Of a stretch of 64,000 nucleotides of DNA, positions 8,856 through 17,569 are shown piece after piece. The number at the start of each line of letters is the position of its first letter. The stretch's first letter is position 1. This DNA is from an uncultured bacterium (GTDB lineage Bacteria; Patescibacteriota; Minisyncoccia; Phycocordibacterales; GCA-2401445), in the NCBI GenBank assembly GCA_937952265.1, contig CALFYW010000016.1, positions 398,661 to 462,660 on the forward strand, given 5' to 3'. The notes under the pieces were generated by a model that saw nothing but the letters and a program-made list of their open reading frames with translations, did not search any database and was not told the DNA's origin. The translations under genes and the position numbers were made by a program.

Positions 8856-9911
8856 ATGAATCTTAAGGATCGTATCGCTACTGAAGCACAACAAGCAATA
8901 GATGATCATGTGTTTCCTGGGTGTGTAATTGGTATTGTATACAAGGATGGAACCGGCTCTATACTGCCATTTGGGCATTTCACCTATCAGCAATCATCCT
9001 CACGTGTAAAAGAGGACAGTATGTATGATGTTGCGTCAATTACCAAATCGATCCCTACCGGAAGTATTGCCCTTCAGTTGATTGACCAAGGAAAGTTGCA
9101 TGTCACTGACAAACTCATTGAGTATGTCCCTGAGTTTAGAAATAGTGATCGAGAACGAGTTTTAATTAAACACCTGCTCACGTACACACTAGATGGCTAT
9201 GGTCTGGCCTCATTAAAAGAGAAGAGTGCAGATCAACTCTTTGAGATATTACTTACACACGATTTTGAAAAACGTCCAGGAACGGTATTTAAATATTCAA
9301 ATATTCCCGCAGCATTACTTGGCTTGGTGGTTGAGCGGATTACTGGAAGAACACTTGATCAAGTTGCGGATGAGTGTTTTTTCAATCCGCTCGGTATGGA
9401 ACGTACGACGTTTTATCCGGAAAATTATTTAATTGATGATATTGTCCCAACTGAACGTGATGATTGGCGTGGTCTGGTGCACGGTGTTGTGCATGATGAA
9501 AGCGCGTATATTTTTAAGAGAAGTGGCAAAATTGTTGGGCACGCGGGTTTATTCTCCACCGCTCCTGATTTATTAAAGTTTCTCGAGATGCTTCTGCACA
9601 AGGGTGTTTTTAATGGAAGGAGGTATCTTTCAGAAACAATAATTACCCGCATGACAGAGAATCAAATCCCCTTGCTTGATGATACTACGGGACTTGGCTG
9701 GGAACTTAATCAGCCTCGATATATGGGGGAATATGCGGGATCGAACACTTTTGGAAAGACCGGTTTTACCGGTACACTTTGTGTGGTAGATATTTCGAGA
9801 GGGGTTGCGTACACCATCCTTTCTAATCGGATCTTCCCACAACGACCTCCCAATTCTCACTCTATTAATAGGTTTAGGAAAATTATCGGGGAAATTGTTC
9901 TGAAGCCGTAA
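8856..9911 (+). CDS. Serine hydrolase, beta-lactamase/class C-like family
   Basis: SxxK (ASITKS), YSN, HAGLFSTAPDL, GKTGFTGT motifs. Confidence 0.9.
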   Translation: MNLKDRIATEAQQAIDDHVFPGCVIGIVYKDGTGSILPFGHFTYQQSSSRVKEDSMYDVASITKSIPTGSIALQLIDQGKLHVTDKLIEYVPEFRNSDRERVLIKHLLTYTLDGYGLASLKEKSADQLFEILLTHDFEKRPGTVFKYSNIPAALLGLVVERITGRTLDQVADECFFNPLGMERTTFYPENYLIDDIVPTERDDWRGLVHGVVHDESAYIFKRSGKIVGHAGLFSTAPDLLKFLEMLLHKGVFNGRRYLSETIITRMTENQIPLLDDTTGLGWELNQPRYMGEYAGSNTFGKTGFTGTLCVVDISRGVAYTILSNRIFPQRPPNSHSINRFRKIIGEIVLKP

Positions 9912-9954
9912 TTTTTTAATTGTGGATTCTTTTTTTCTCTGATAAGGTGTACAT

Positions 9955-10150
9955 ATGAAAAACACATCACGAGATACGATATGGCAGAAGATTCAGCATG
10001 GCGTGTTTATTATTGCTGAAGCAGGCAAAAATTTTATTCAAACCGAAGAAGAAAAGACGGTTGTTGCTTGATGAGATCAGTGTTGATCTCCGGAAGATTG
10101 GCTCAGGTGATATTCCCGATTTTGTGATGCTTGACTATTCTTACGGGTGA
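9955..10150 (+). pseudogene. NeuB (nonulosonate synthase)-family remnant
   Basis: Frame 1 MKNTSRDTIWQKIQHGVFIIAEAGKNF...*; second frame LDEISVDLRKIGSGDIPDFVMLDY*. These match two NeuB motifs (FIIAExGxNH; KIxSGD/E) that are normally about 100 aa apart. Confidence 0.65.
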
Positions 10151-10250
10151 ATTATTTTTTGCTTTTTCTGAGGCGAGGTGATAAAGTCTTCGATGGGAGA
10201 TCTGACAGTATTAACTAGTACAGTAGAAGTGATCAACAAAAGGAGCATGG

Positions 10251-10406
10251 ATGTCGTCGAGAAAAAAATCAACACGGACAAGAGCTAATCGCCGTGACAG
10301 ACGAAAAGCGAAAGCATCAGGAAATTTTCGTCGTCCAGGAAGAAGCAATCCTCGAAAGGTTGGCCACGGTGGAAGCGGCATGAAAACAAGAGGGAAGCCA
10401 GATTAA
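10251..10406 (+). CDS. Small Arg/Lys/Gly-rich hypothetical protein (51 aa)
   Basis: MSSRKKSTRTRANRRDRRKAKASGNFRRPGRSNPRKVGHGGSGMKTRGKPD; AGGAG at 10241-10245; TTGCTT-17-TAAAGT promoter (10159-10187); terminator follows. Confidence 0.6.
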   Translation: MSSRKKSTRTRANRRDRRKAKASGNFRRPGRSNPRKVGHGGSGMKTRGKPD

Positions 10407-10428
10407 CCTCAATAATCGTGCTTTATCA

Positions 10429-10462
10429 AAAACCCGTACAACAACATGTGCGGGTTTTTTTA
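10429..10462 (+). terminator. Intrinsic terminator
   Basis: AAAAACCCGTACA-ACAACA-TGTGCGGGTTTTT followed by a T run. Confidence 0.8.
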
Positions 10463-10552
10463 TTACTATCAATCCGAAATTTATTTAAACCATGTTTTTG
10501 CTACCATGTCCGGTGTGTAGAAATCTTATTTTGAACTTGTTACTATAACTGC

Positions 10553-11836
10553 ATGGTAGTCAAAGAGCTTAAGGAATCCTGCACTGCGCTACTTATTGGA
10601 GGTATTTTACTACTCTTTTTATGGGGTGTTATGATGACTTCGGCGCCCCCTACTCCAGAGGAATCAGAGAATATTGAGGATGTAAGAGTCTCAGGTATGC
10701 CACAGCTCCTTATACAGGAGAGCGGAAGTTTGGGGGGTCTTAATAATTTGATTTTCAATCAAGAAGAGGAGCGTTACGTACCTGTTAAGGATCATCTTAT
10801 TTCATACGTCCTCTATGGAAGCGGTATTCGGGCGCGGCGAAGTGATGCAGTCGGTGGAACCTTGGCAATACCAAGCGCGCTTGCGCCAATTGGTGAGCAT
10901 GTATTTGCTATGATCCCTTCATATCATACGCTACTTAAGTTAGATCGGGATCTCTCTGTCCGTACTCAAGAAAATTTCGGACCATTTACCTATGCAGGGT
11001 CATTCACTCGATTTATGCGCGCGCATAACAATCACCTGTTTTTCTTTTATGATGATCCGAATGAAGGCACGATATTATTCGCGTACGATCGGGATCTTAA
11101 TCGAGTTGGATCTTTGTCCATCCCTCTTCACCCTTCAGGGGGTTATGCGTACAATCTCAATCAATTTTTGATTGTTGAAAATACGCTTTATGTAATCGCA
11201 GGGGCTGATGCATTTCCCGCAGTCCGTTGTGCTAGCGAAGCACGTATGTCAGAAGAGGAGCTTGAATTTGAGATAGTATCCGGGTGTAGCAATGCGCACA
11301 CAATTGTATTTGGCGCGATTGATATTCACGACCCAAAGCATATGCGGATTGAGATGTTTAAGCAGGTTACGGACGAATCCATTCCTGAATCTTTTATGGC
11401 TCGAATTGATTCAAAACGGAAACAGACCCTCATGGTTGAAATCGGTTCTTCAGGAGAATCCATATTCACGTTACGTTCACCAGAGTCAATGACGAAGCTA
11501 CTTTCAAAAGAGTCGAGAAATGTGAGAATTCTTGCGCTTACGCAAGAAAATCCTTTTTATGCACTTGTAGAGAAGCAGGGGGGTGTTTTCCTTCTACCTA
11601 TTTCACTTGAGGGAGAAACCCTTACATTTGGAGAAATGCTCAATCTCAATTTATCGACCAGGGATATATTAGGGACCCCGTTAATGAAGCGTTTCAGCAG
11701 TATGCTTTTTATCGTACTTCAGGATCAACTTCGAGTTGCCCAAGTTGTCGATACTCCAGAGCTTGTATTGACGCAGAATCTCTCAAATCTCTCTGGAGAA
11801 CCGTCGTATGTTTCTGATTTCTTTTTCTGGGATTAA
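10553..11836 (+). CDS. Hypothetical membrane-anchored extracellular protein, possibly beta-propeller
   Basis: 427-aa ORF, single N-terminal TM, repeated short beta-strand patterns; TGnTACTAT 6 nt before ATG. Confidence 0.7.
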   Translation: MVVKELKESCTALLIGGILLLFLWGVMMTSAPPTPEESENIEDVRVSGMPQLLIQESGSLGGLNNLIFNQEEERYVPVKDHLISYVLYGSGIRARRSDAVGGTLAIPSALAPIGEHVFAMIPSYHTLLKLDRDLSVRTQENFGPFTYAGSFTRFMRAHNNHLFFFYDDPNEGTILFAYDRDLNRVGSLSIPLHPSGGYAYNLNQFLIVENTLYVIAGADAFPAVRCASEARMSEEELEFEIVSGCSNAHTIVFGAIDIHDPKHMRIEMFKQVTDESIPESFMARIDSKRKQTLMVEIGSSGESIFTLRSPESMTKLLSKESRNVRILALTQENPFYALVEKQGGVFLLPISLEGETLTFGEMLNLNLSTRDILGTPLMKRFSSMLFIVLQDQLRVAQVVDTPELVLTQNLSNLSGEPSYVSDFFFWD

Positions 11837-11878
11837 CGTTTTTCGTATTATTCTTTTCAAAAAGGTATACTTGAGGTA

Positions 11879-12304
11879 ATGAATGAATCATTCAAGGAGA
11901 AACGTGAAGATGACTGGAAGAAATCGCTTACGCCAGCCCAGTTCCATATTCTTCGAGAAGGGGGTACCGAACCTGCGTTTTCAGGGGTGTATCATGATAT
12001 GAAAAAATCGGGAGTATATCGTTGTGCCGGCTGTGGTAGTGTGTTATTTGATTCGCGCACAAAATTTGATTCTGGTACCGGATGGCCCTCTTTCTATGAT
12101 GCAGTAGAAGATAGTATTCGACTTCATGATGATAGGAAATTTTTTATGCGCCGTACCGAAGTTCGTTGTTCCGTGTGTAATGGGCACCTCGGGCATGTGT
12201 TTGATGATGGGCCGGATCCAACAGGGAAACGGTACTGTATTAATTCAGGGGCGCTTGATTTCTCTGAAGAAAGTGGCGTCCAAGATAATGGATCGATAAA
12301 GTAA
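11879..12304 (+). CDS. msrB: Peptide-methionine (R)-S-oxide reductase
   Basis: GTEPAFSG, CxxC, KFDSGTGWPSF, GHLGHVFDDGP, RYCINS. Confidence 0.97.
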   Translation: MNESFKEKREDDWKKSLTPAQFHILREGGTEPAFSGVYHDMKKSGVYRCAGCGSVLFDSRTKFDSGTGWPSFYDAVEDSIRLHDDRKFFMRRTEVRCSVCNGHLGHVFDDGPDPTGKRYCINSGALDFSEESGVQDNGSIK

Positions 12305-12350
12305 GAATTTATTGGTATGGTCATGGTTATCAATGGAAGCAAATCGTAAT

Positions 12351-12767
12351 ATGTCATGGATTATTTATGCGCTTCTCGCGGCATTCTTTGCGGCATTGGT
12401 GGCGATATTCGGAAAGATCGGTGTTCAAAAGATTGACCCAACACTTGCAACAACCGTGCGCGCGGTCATTATGGCGGGTTTCTTGCTTATAGTGGCTTTT
12501 AGTCTGGGCAAGCTTAAATTTATCGCAACCATTGATAGTCGAGCGCTCTTTTTTATCGTGCTTGCGGGTATTGCGGGCGCGCTTTCGTGGATCTTTTATT
12601 TTGCGGCATTGAAATCAGGTGAACCAACTGCGGTGGTTGCGCTCGATCGATTAAGTATCGTGTTTGTCTTGATATTTTCGGTCATCTTTTTTTCCTCTAA
12701 GGTGAGCTTCGCATCAGTAAGTGGGGCGCTCTTGGTAACTATTGGAGCAATTCTTCTATCATTATGA
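12351..12767 (+). CDS. EamA/DMT family transporter (single domain)
   Basis: WIIYALLAAFFAALVAIFGKIG...SWIFYFAALKSG...VVALDRLS; five TM segments; start reassigned to ATG 12351. Confidence 0.88.
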   Translation: MSWIIYALLAAFFAALVAIFGKIGVQKIDPTLATTVRAVIMAGFLLIVAFSLGKLKFIATIDSRALFFIVLAGIAGALSWIFYFAALKSGEPTAVVALDRLSIVFVLIFSVIFFSSKVSFASVSGALLVTIGAILLSL

Positions 12768-12810
12768 GCTGTATTGCCAGGGGTATGGCGCCTATGGCAT
12801 TATTTTCCCT

Positions 12811-13950
12811 ATGAGTAAAGATACGCCCTCGGGCTTACGAACCTGGATTACGGTTGATCAAGCAGCAATACAGAAAAATTATCAGTCATTTCGGGATTTT
12901 ATTCCGAAAGAGACAGACATTATGGCCGTCGTGAAGTCGAATGCCTACGGTCATGGGCTCGTTCCATTTGCCCGCGAAATGGAAAAATTACACGTATCCT
13001 GGCTTGGAGTTGATTCGATGGTGGAAGGACTTGCAATTCGAAAAAGTGGAGTTACGACTCCAATCCTCAACTTGGGCGCAGTCCTTGAGAGCCGATTAAA
13101 AGAAGCGTTCCTTCAAAAAATATCGGTTACGGTGTCTTCTTTTGATGGATTTCGTGCGCTAAAGCGGGCTCGACTTCCTGGTCTTTCGATACAGGTGAAA
13201 GTCGATACGGGAATGCATCGACAGGGGTTTGATGAAAAAGATCTGCCAGAGGTGCTCCGAGTGGTTTCAGAGGGTGAAGGAAAGTTTTTTACGCTCACTG
13301 GGCTTTATACGCATTTTGCTTCAGCAAAAAACCCTGCATTTCCGGAGTATACGCATATCCAAATTGAAGCTTTTAAGCGATGGAAGAAAGCATTTAACGA
13401 TCAGGGTTTTTCTCCGATAGCGCACGCGGGCGCAACAGGGGGCGCGCTCCTATTTCCTGAATCACATTTCGATATGGTGCGTATCGGTATTGGTATGTAC
13501 GGATTGTGGCCATCACTTCCGGTACGTCGGGCAAGAGAAGAGAATCTTGCGCTTTTTCCTGCGCTTTCCTGGTACAGTGTCGTTGTGGGTGTAAAAGAGG
13601 TCCCATGTGGAGCACGCGTAGGGTATGATTTAACGGAGACACTCACTCGCGATACACGATATGCGGTTATTCCCATAGGATATTGGCATGGGTACCCTCG
13701 AATACTTTCAAGCATTGGGGAGGTCATGATTCATAGAATGCGCGCACGAATTCTCGGTAGAATCTCTATGGATATGATGATTGTTGATATTACCGATATC
13801 CCGGATGTTTCGAATGGAGATAAGGTAACACTTATCGGAGGTGAAGCAGGATCGCGGATTTCTGCTGAAGAGCTCGCGCTTCTCGGGGATTCAATTAATT
13901 ATGAATTGGTAACCCGTATTAATCCATTAATTGAAAGAATATACCAATAA
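12811..13950 (+). CDS. alr: Alanine racemase
   Basis: AVVKSNAYGHG PLP-lysine motif, KVDTGMHRQG, VRIGIGMYG, GRISMDM, INYELV. Confidence 0.96.
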   Translation: MSKDTPSGLRTWITVDQAAIQKNYQSFRDFIPKETDIMAVVKSNAYGHGLVPFAREMEKLHVSWLGVDSMVEGLAIRKSGVTTPILNLGAVLESRLKEAFLQKISVTVSSFDGFRALKRARLPGLSIQVKVDTGMHRQGFDEKDLPEVLRVVSEGEGKFFTLTGLYTHFASAKNPAFPEYTHIQIEAFKRWKKAFNDQGFSPIAHAGATGGALLFPESHFDMVRIGIGMYGLWPSLPVRRAREENLALFPALSWYSVVVGVKEVPCGARVGYDLTETLTRDTRYAVIPIGYWHGYPRILSSIGEVMIHRMRARILGRISMDMMIVDITDIPDVSNGDKVTLIGGEAGSRISAEELALLGDSINYELVTRINPLIERIYQ

Positions 13951-14507
13951 TGGAAGATTCATCGCATCGAAATAATCAGCATGAGGAAGTACAGATTCCT
14001 ATCGGAGGTTCCCTTTTTGTGGCGGGAATTTGTATTATCGCGGCAGTTATGATTTGGTCGCTTTTTACACAGGAGGCGCCAGTGGACGATTCTTTGAATA
14101 AAGGAAATGTTGCCACCACAACCCCGATAGTTAACCAGCATCCTCTTTTCTACGAGGTGCGAGACCTTATGGTTGGGAGTACCACGATCAGTGTTGAGAT
14201 TGCTGATACTGATAAGAAGCGCACACAAGGGCTTTCAGGGAGAGAGGGTCTTTCTCCTGAATCAGGGATGCTCTTTTTATTTCCTTCTCCGGGAATATAC
14301 CCTTTTTGGATGCACGAGATGCAGTTTGCCCTTGATATTATCTGGATCAATACCGAAGGGGTGATTGTTTCTGCGTATGAGTCGGTGGCTCCAGATACAT
14401 TTCCAGAATTTTTTACTCCCAATGCTGAAGCACTGATGGTACTTGAGGTGCCAGGTGGATTTATGGAGCGGTACGGAATTCAGATTGGGGATCTGGTGAC
14501 ATTTTAA
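13950..14507 (+). CDS. DUF192 family protein with N-terminal TM
   Basis: VEIADT...GLSGRE...GMLFLF...FWMHEMQFALDIIWI...VLEVPGG. Confidence 0.9.
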   Translation: MEDSSHRNNQHEEVQIPIGGSLFVAGICIIAAVMIWSLFTQEAPVDDSLNKGNVATTTPIVNQHPLFYEVRDLMVGSTTISVEIADTDKKRTQGLSGREGLSPESGMLFLFPSPGIYPFWMHEMQFALDIIWINTEGVIVSAYESVAPDTFPEFFTPNAEALMVLEVPGGFMERYGIQIGDLVTF

Positions 14508-14588
14508 AAAAATAAGACTAAATAGGTTTTATTTTCTGATTATTTTTCTCTATCACTTTACAGTGTATTTTTTTTGTTTTTGAAATGT

Positions 14589-14597
14589 TTATCCACA
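14589..14597 (+). promoter_or_regulatory. Consensus DnaA box upstream of the RNR gene
   Basis: TTATCCACA exact match, 27 nt before a TTGACA (14625-14630). Confidence 0.5.
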
Positions 14598-14710
14598 ATT
14601 TTTTACCCCTCGAGAAAGATATAATTGACAGTACCAAACAGCATAACATGCTGTGTTGGGATAGCTTACCCCTAAAAAATTATTAGCGTTATTTTTAGGC
14701 ATAAAAAACT

Positions 14711-17023
14711 ATGGGTAAAGAGAAAAAAGCAGGGAAACGTGTGGTCGATATGGTAAAGGAGGTGAAAAAGAGAGATGGGAGCGTGGTCCCTTTTGACCTT
14801 ACCCGTATTGTGAATGCAATTCATAAGGCAATGTTGCAGACGAATGAGGGCTCAAAGGAAGAAGCAGCACTTGTCGCTAATAAGGTATTAAGTGATTTGG
14901 TAAAAATCATCAGAAAACATAGTAATTTTATTCCAACCGTAGAAGGAATTCAGGATAGTGTTGAAAATGAACTGATTCTTTCTGAATATGTAAAGACCGC
15001 AAAATCATACATTCTTTATCGGGAGAAACGAGCTCATTTGCGAGAAAAAGGATTCCATGTGCCTGAAGAGGTTCGTTCTTTGGTTGAAAAAAGTAAAAGC
15101 TATTTCCGCGATTCCTTGGGTGAATTTGTGTATTACCGAACGTATTCACGATGGATTCCAGAAAAAGGGCGGCGAGAAACCTGGATTGAATCGGTTGATC
15201 GATACATGGATTTTATGAAAGAGAATCTTGGGAAAAAATTGAAAGCTCCAGAATACCAAGAACTTCGCGAGGCAATTTTAAAGCAGGAGATCATGCCCTC
15301 CATGCGTTTGCTACAGTTTGCGGGTCCGGCAGCCAGCAAAACAAATATTTGCGCGTACAATTGTTCCTATATCGCGCCTGCCAGTATTCAGGATTTTGCG
15401 GAGATTATGTACCTTTCAATGTGTGGAACCGGAGTTGGCTGGTCTGCAGAAAGTCAAAATATTCAAAAACTTCCTCAAGTAAAACAGCAAAGCGGGGTCA
15501 AGCTCCCAGTGCATGCAATTGGAGATAGTAAAGAAGGGTGGTGCGATGCATTAGCTCTTGGTATGCGCGCGTGGTTTAAGGGAGAGGATATCGAATTTGA
15601 TTATAGCCTCCTGCGTCCAGCAGGTGCACGTCTTAAAACCATGGGAGGAAAGAGCGCGGGTCCGGCACCACTACGTTCGATTCTCGATTTTACCCGAGAG
15701 AAGATTTTATCACGGCAAGGGAAGCGTCTCCGCAACATTGATGCGCATGATATCATCTGTAAGATCGGCGAAGGAGTAGTATCTGGCGGGGTGCGTCGTA
15801 GCGCAATGATCTCACTCTCTGATTTTGATGATGAGGAAGTTCGTGATGCAAAGAAAGGGCAGTTTTATTTAACCGAGCCGCAACGAAGTCTCGCAAACAA
15901 TTCTGCGGTATATGTGATGAAGCCCTCGAACCTCGAGTTTTTGGATGAATGGATTGCGCTCATGAAAAGTGGATCTGGTGAGCGGGGTATTTTTAACCGA
16001 GGATCACTCGCAAAAACCTTACCGGCGCGTCGTCTTGAGGTATTTCGCGCGCATGGATATTTTGATCGTTCAGGGGAGCATGTTGTTGGTCCAGTGGGAA
16101 CAAATCCATGTGGAGAAATTATTCTTCAGTCAAAACAGTTTTGTAATCTCTCAGAAGTGGTTGCACGCGCTGAGGATACCGAAGCGACGCTTTTGCGGAA
16201 GGTGCGTCTTGCGACCATACTTGGTACCTACCAGGCAACACTTACGCATTTTCCCTACCTCTCAAAAGAATGGAAGAAAAACTGTGAGGAGGAGCGCTTA
16301 CTCGGAGTCTCAATTACCGGACAGTGGGATTCAAAGGTGGTTCGAAATGCAAAAGTATTAGAGAAGATGAAGGCCGCAGCACTAGAGACTAATGAGGGCT
16401 ACGCAAAGCGCTTTGGTATCAATCGTTCAACGTGTGTGACCTGTGTCAAACCATCAGGAACCGTTTCGCAAACCGTTGATTGTGCCTCAGGTATGCATCC
16501 TCGACACGCGCCATTTTATATCCGCCGTATCCGAATTTCGGCAACAGATGCGCTCTTTAAGATGCTTCGTGACCAAGGTGTTCCGTATCATCCTGAAGTA
16601 GGACAGTCTCTTGAAACGGCGAACACATTTGTACTTGAATTTCCAGTTAAAGCGCCAAAAGGAGCAGTATTTAAAGATGATGTGAGCGCGCTCGATCAAC
16701 TCGAACACTGGAAGCTCGTTAAGAAGCATTATACCGAGCATAATCCGTCGGTTACCGTTTCGGTGGGAGAGGATGAGTGGATTCAGACTGCTAACTGGCT
16801 CTATAGTAATTGGGATATGATTGGCGGACTCTCGTTTCTTCCTCGATCAAATCATGTGTACCAACTTGCGCCATATGAACCGATTTCAGAGGAGCAATAT
16901 GATGAGATGGTAAAACGACTTGGACACATCGATTTCTCAAAGATCGTTACGTACGAAAAAGATGATGAGACGGAAGTAAAGAAAGAGCTCGCGTGTGTGG
17001 CAGGTGTGTGTGATGTGGTATAG
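14711..17023 (+). CDS. nrdJ: Adenosylcobalamin-dependent (class II) ribonucleotide reductase with N-terminal ATP cone
   Basis: VKKRDG ATP cone, YRTYSR...RETW, AYNCS, GGVRRSA, GTNPCGEI, CNLSEV, TCVKPSGT, EHNPSVTV, C-terminal CxxxxC; no adjacent beta subunit. Confidence 0.93.
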   Translation: MGKEKKAGKRVVDMVKEVKKRDGSVVPFDLTRIVNAIHKAMLQTNEGSKEEAALVANKVLSDLVKIIRKHSNFIPTVEGIQDSVENELILSEYVKTAKSYILYREKRAHLREKGFHVPEEVRSLVEKSKSYFRDSLGEFVYYRTYSRWIPEKGRRETWIESVDRYMDFMKENLGKKLKAPEYQELREAILKQEIMPSMRLLQFAGPAASKTNICAYNCSYIAPASIQDFAEIMYLSMCGTGVGWSAESQNIQKLPQVKQQSGVKLPVHAIGDSKEGWCDALALGMRAWFKGEDIEFDYSLLRPAGARLKTMGGKSAGPAPLRSILDFTREKILSRQGKRLRNIDAHDIICKIGEGVVSGGVRRSAMISLSDFDDEEVRDAKKGQFYLTEPQRSLANNSAVYVMKPSNLEFLDEWIALMKSGSGERGIFNRGSLAKTLPARRLEVFRAHGYFDRSGEHVVGPVGTNPCGEIILQSKQFCNLSEVVARAEDTEATLLRKVRLATILGTYQATLTHFPYLSKEWKKNCEEERLLGVSITGQWDSKVVRNAKVLEKMKAAALETNEGYAKRFGINRSTCVTCVKPSGTVSQTVDCASGMHPRHAPFYIRRIRISATDALFKMLRDQGVPYHPEVGQSLETANTFVLEFPVKAPKGAVFKDDVSALDQLEHWKLVKKHYTEHNPSVTVSVGEDEWIQTANWLYSNWDMIGGLSFLPRSNHVYQLAPYEPISEEQYDEMVKRLGHIDFSKIVTYEKDDETEVKKELACVAGVCDVV

Positions 17024-17028
17024 AAAGC

Positions 17029-17056
17029 AAAACTCCCCACGATAGTGGGGAGTTTT
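17029..17056. terminator. Bidirectional terminator between nrdJ and rnpB
   Basis: AAAACTCCCCAC-GATA-GTGGGGAGTTTT. Confidence 0.85.
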
Positions 17057-17070
17057 GATATGTTGGCAAC

Positions 17071-17447
17071 TATGCCTATAAGCCGAATTCTGTACTGATG
17101 CCATAGCGGAATCAGCGATAGTCATTTATCTAGCCCTATAATTACTTATAGGGTCAAGCGGCACTCTGAAATCTTAAAAAGAGATCAGCACGGCCTTGCA
17201 CTTAGGTAAGGATTTAGCCGTTTCAATTTTTACGTTACCGTAAAAACTCATCCATTGTTATGATCACAGTGGATGTCAGACTGCTTTCGCATCCTGACGT
17301 CTCTGCTCGCACCTCTATCCATAACATAGTTAATAAATTATGGATTGACGGGCGTTACCCGCTACCGTGCTCCGAGCTTTTAATGGCTCGGAAGTGTTCG
17401 GACTTTCCTCTCCAGGAGTTAAACTCCTAGAGCGACTATCCGGCATA
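17071..17447 (-). ncRNA. rnpB: RNase P RNA
   Basis: Minus strand has GAGGAAAGTCCGAAC near the 5' end and ACAGAATTCGGCTTAT near the 3' end (universal P4 elements); P1 pairing TATGCC/GGCATA; promoter TTGCAA-16-TATAAT at 17488-17461. Confidence 0.95.
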
Positions 17448-17569
17448 ATCACTAGTTATAATTATAGCACATTTTATTATTTTTGCAATAGTTTGTTTGC
17501 CCTTTGTACACATTGCGTCTATAACCCCTCTCACGTACAATAAATGGGCATATAAAGAGCCTTCGGTTT

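Noticed and set aside
8856-9911. Bona fide antibiotic-resistance beta-lactamase
   Set aside because: Motifs fit the broad serine hydrolase/esterase family and there is no signal peptide; resistance cannot be inferred
14520-14710. Possible replication origin (AT-rich, DnaA box)
   Set aside because: Only one consensus DnaA box and no dnaA/dnaN context; better explained as nrdJ regulation
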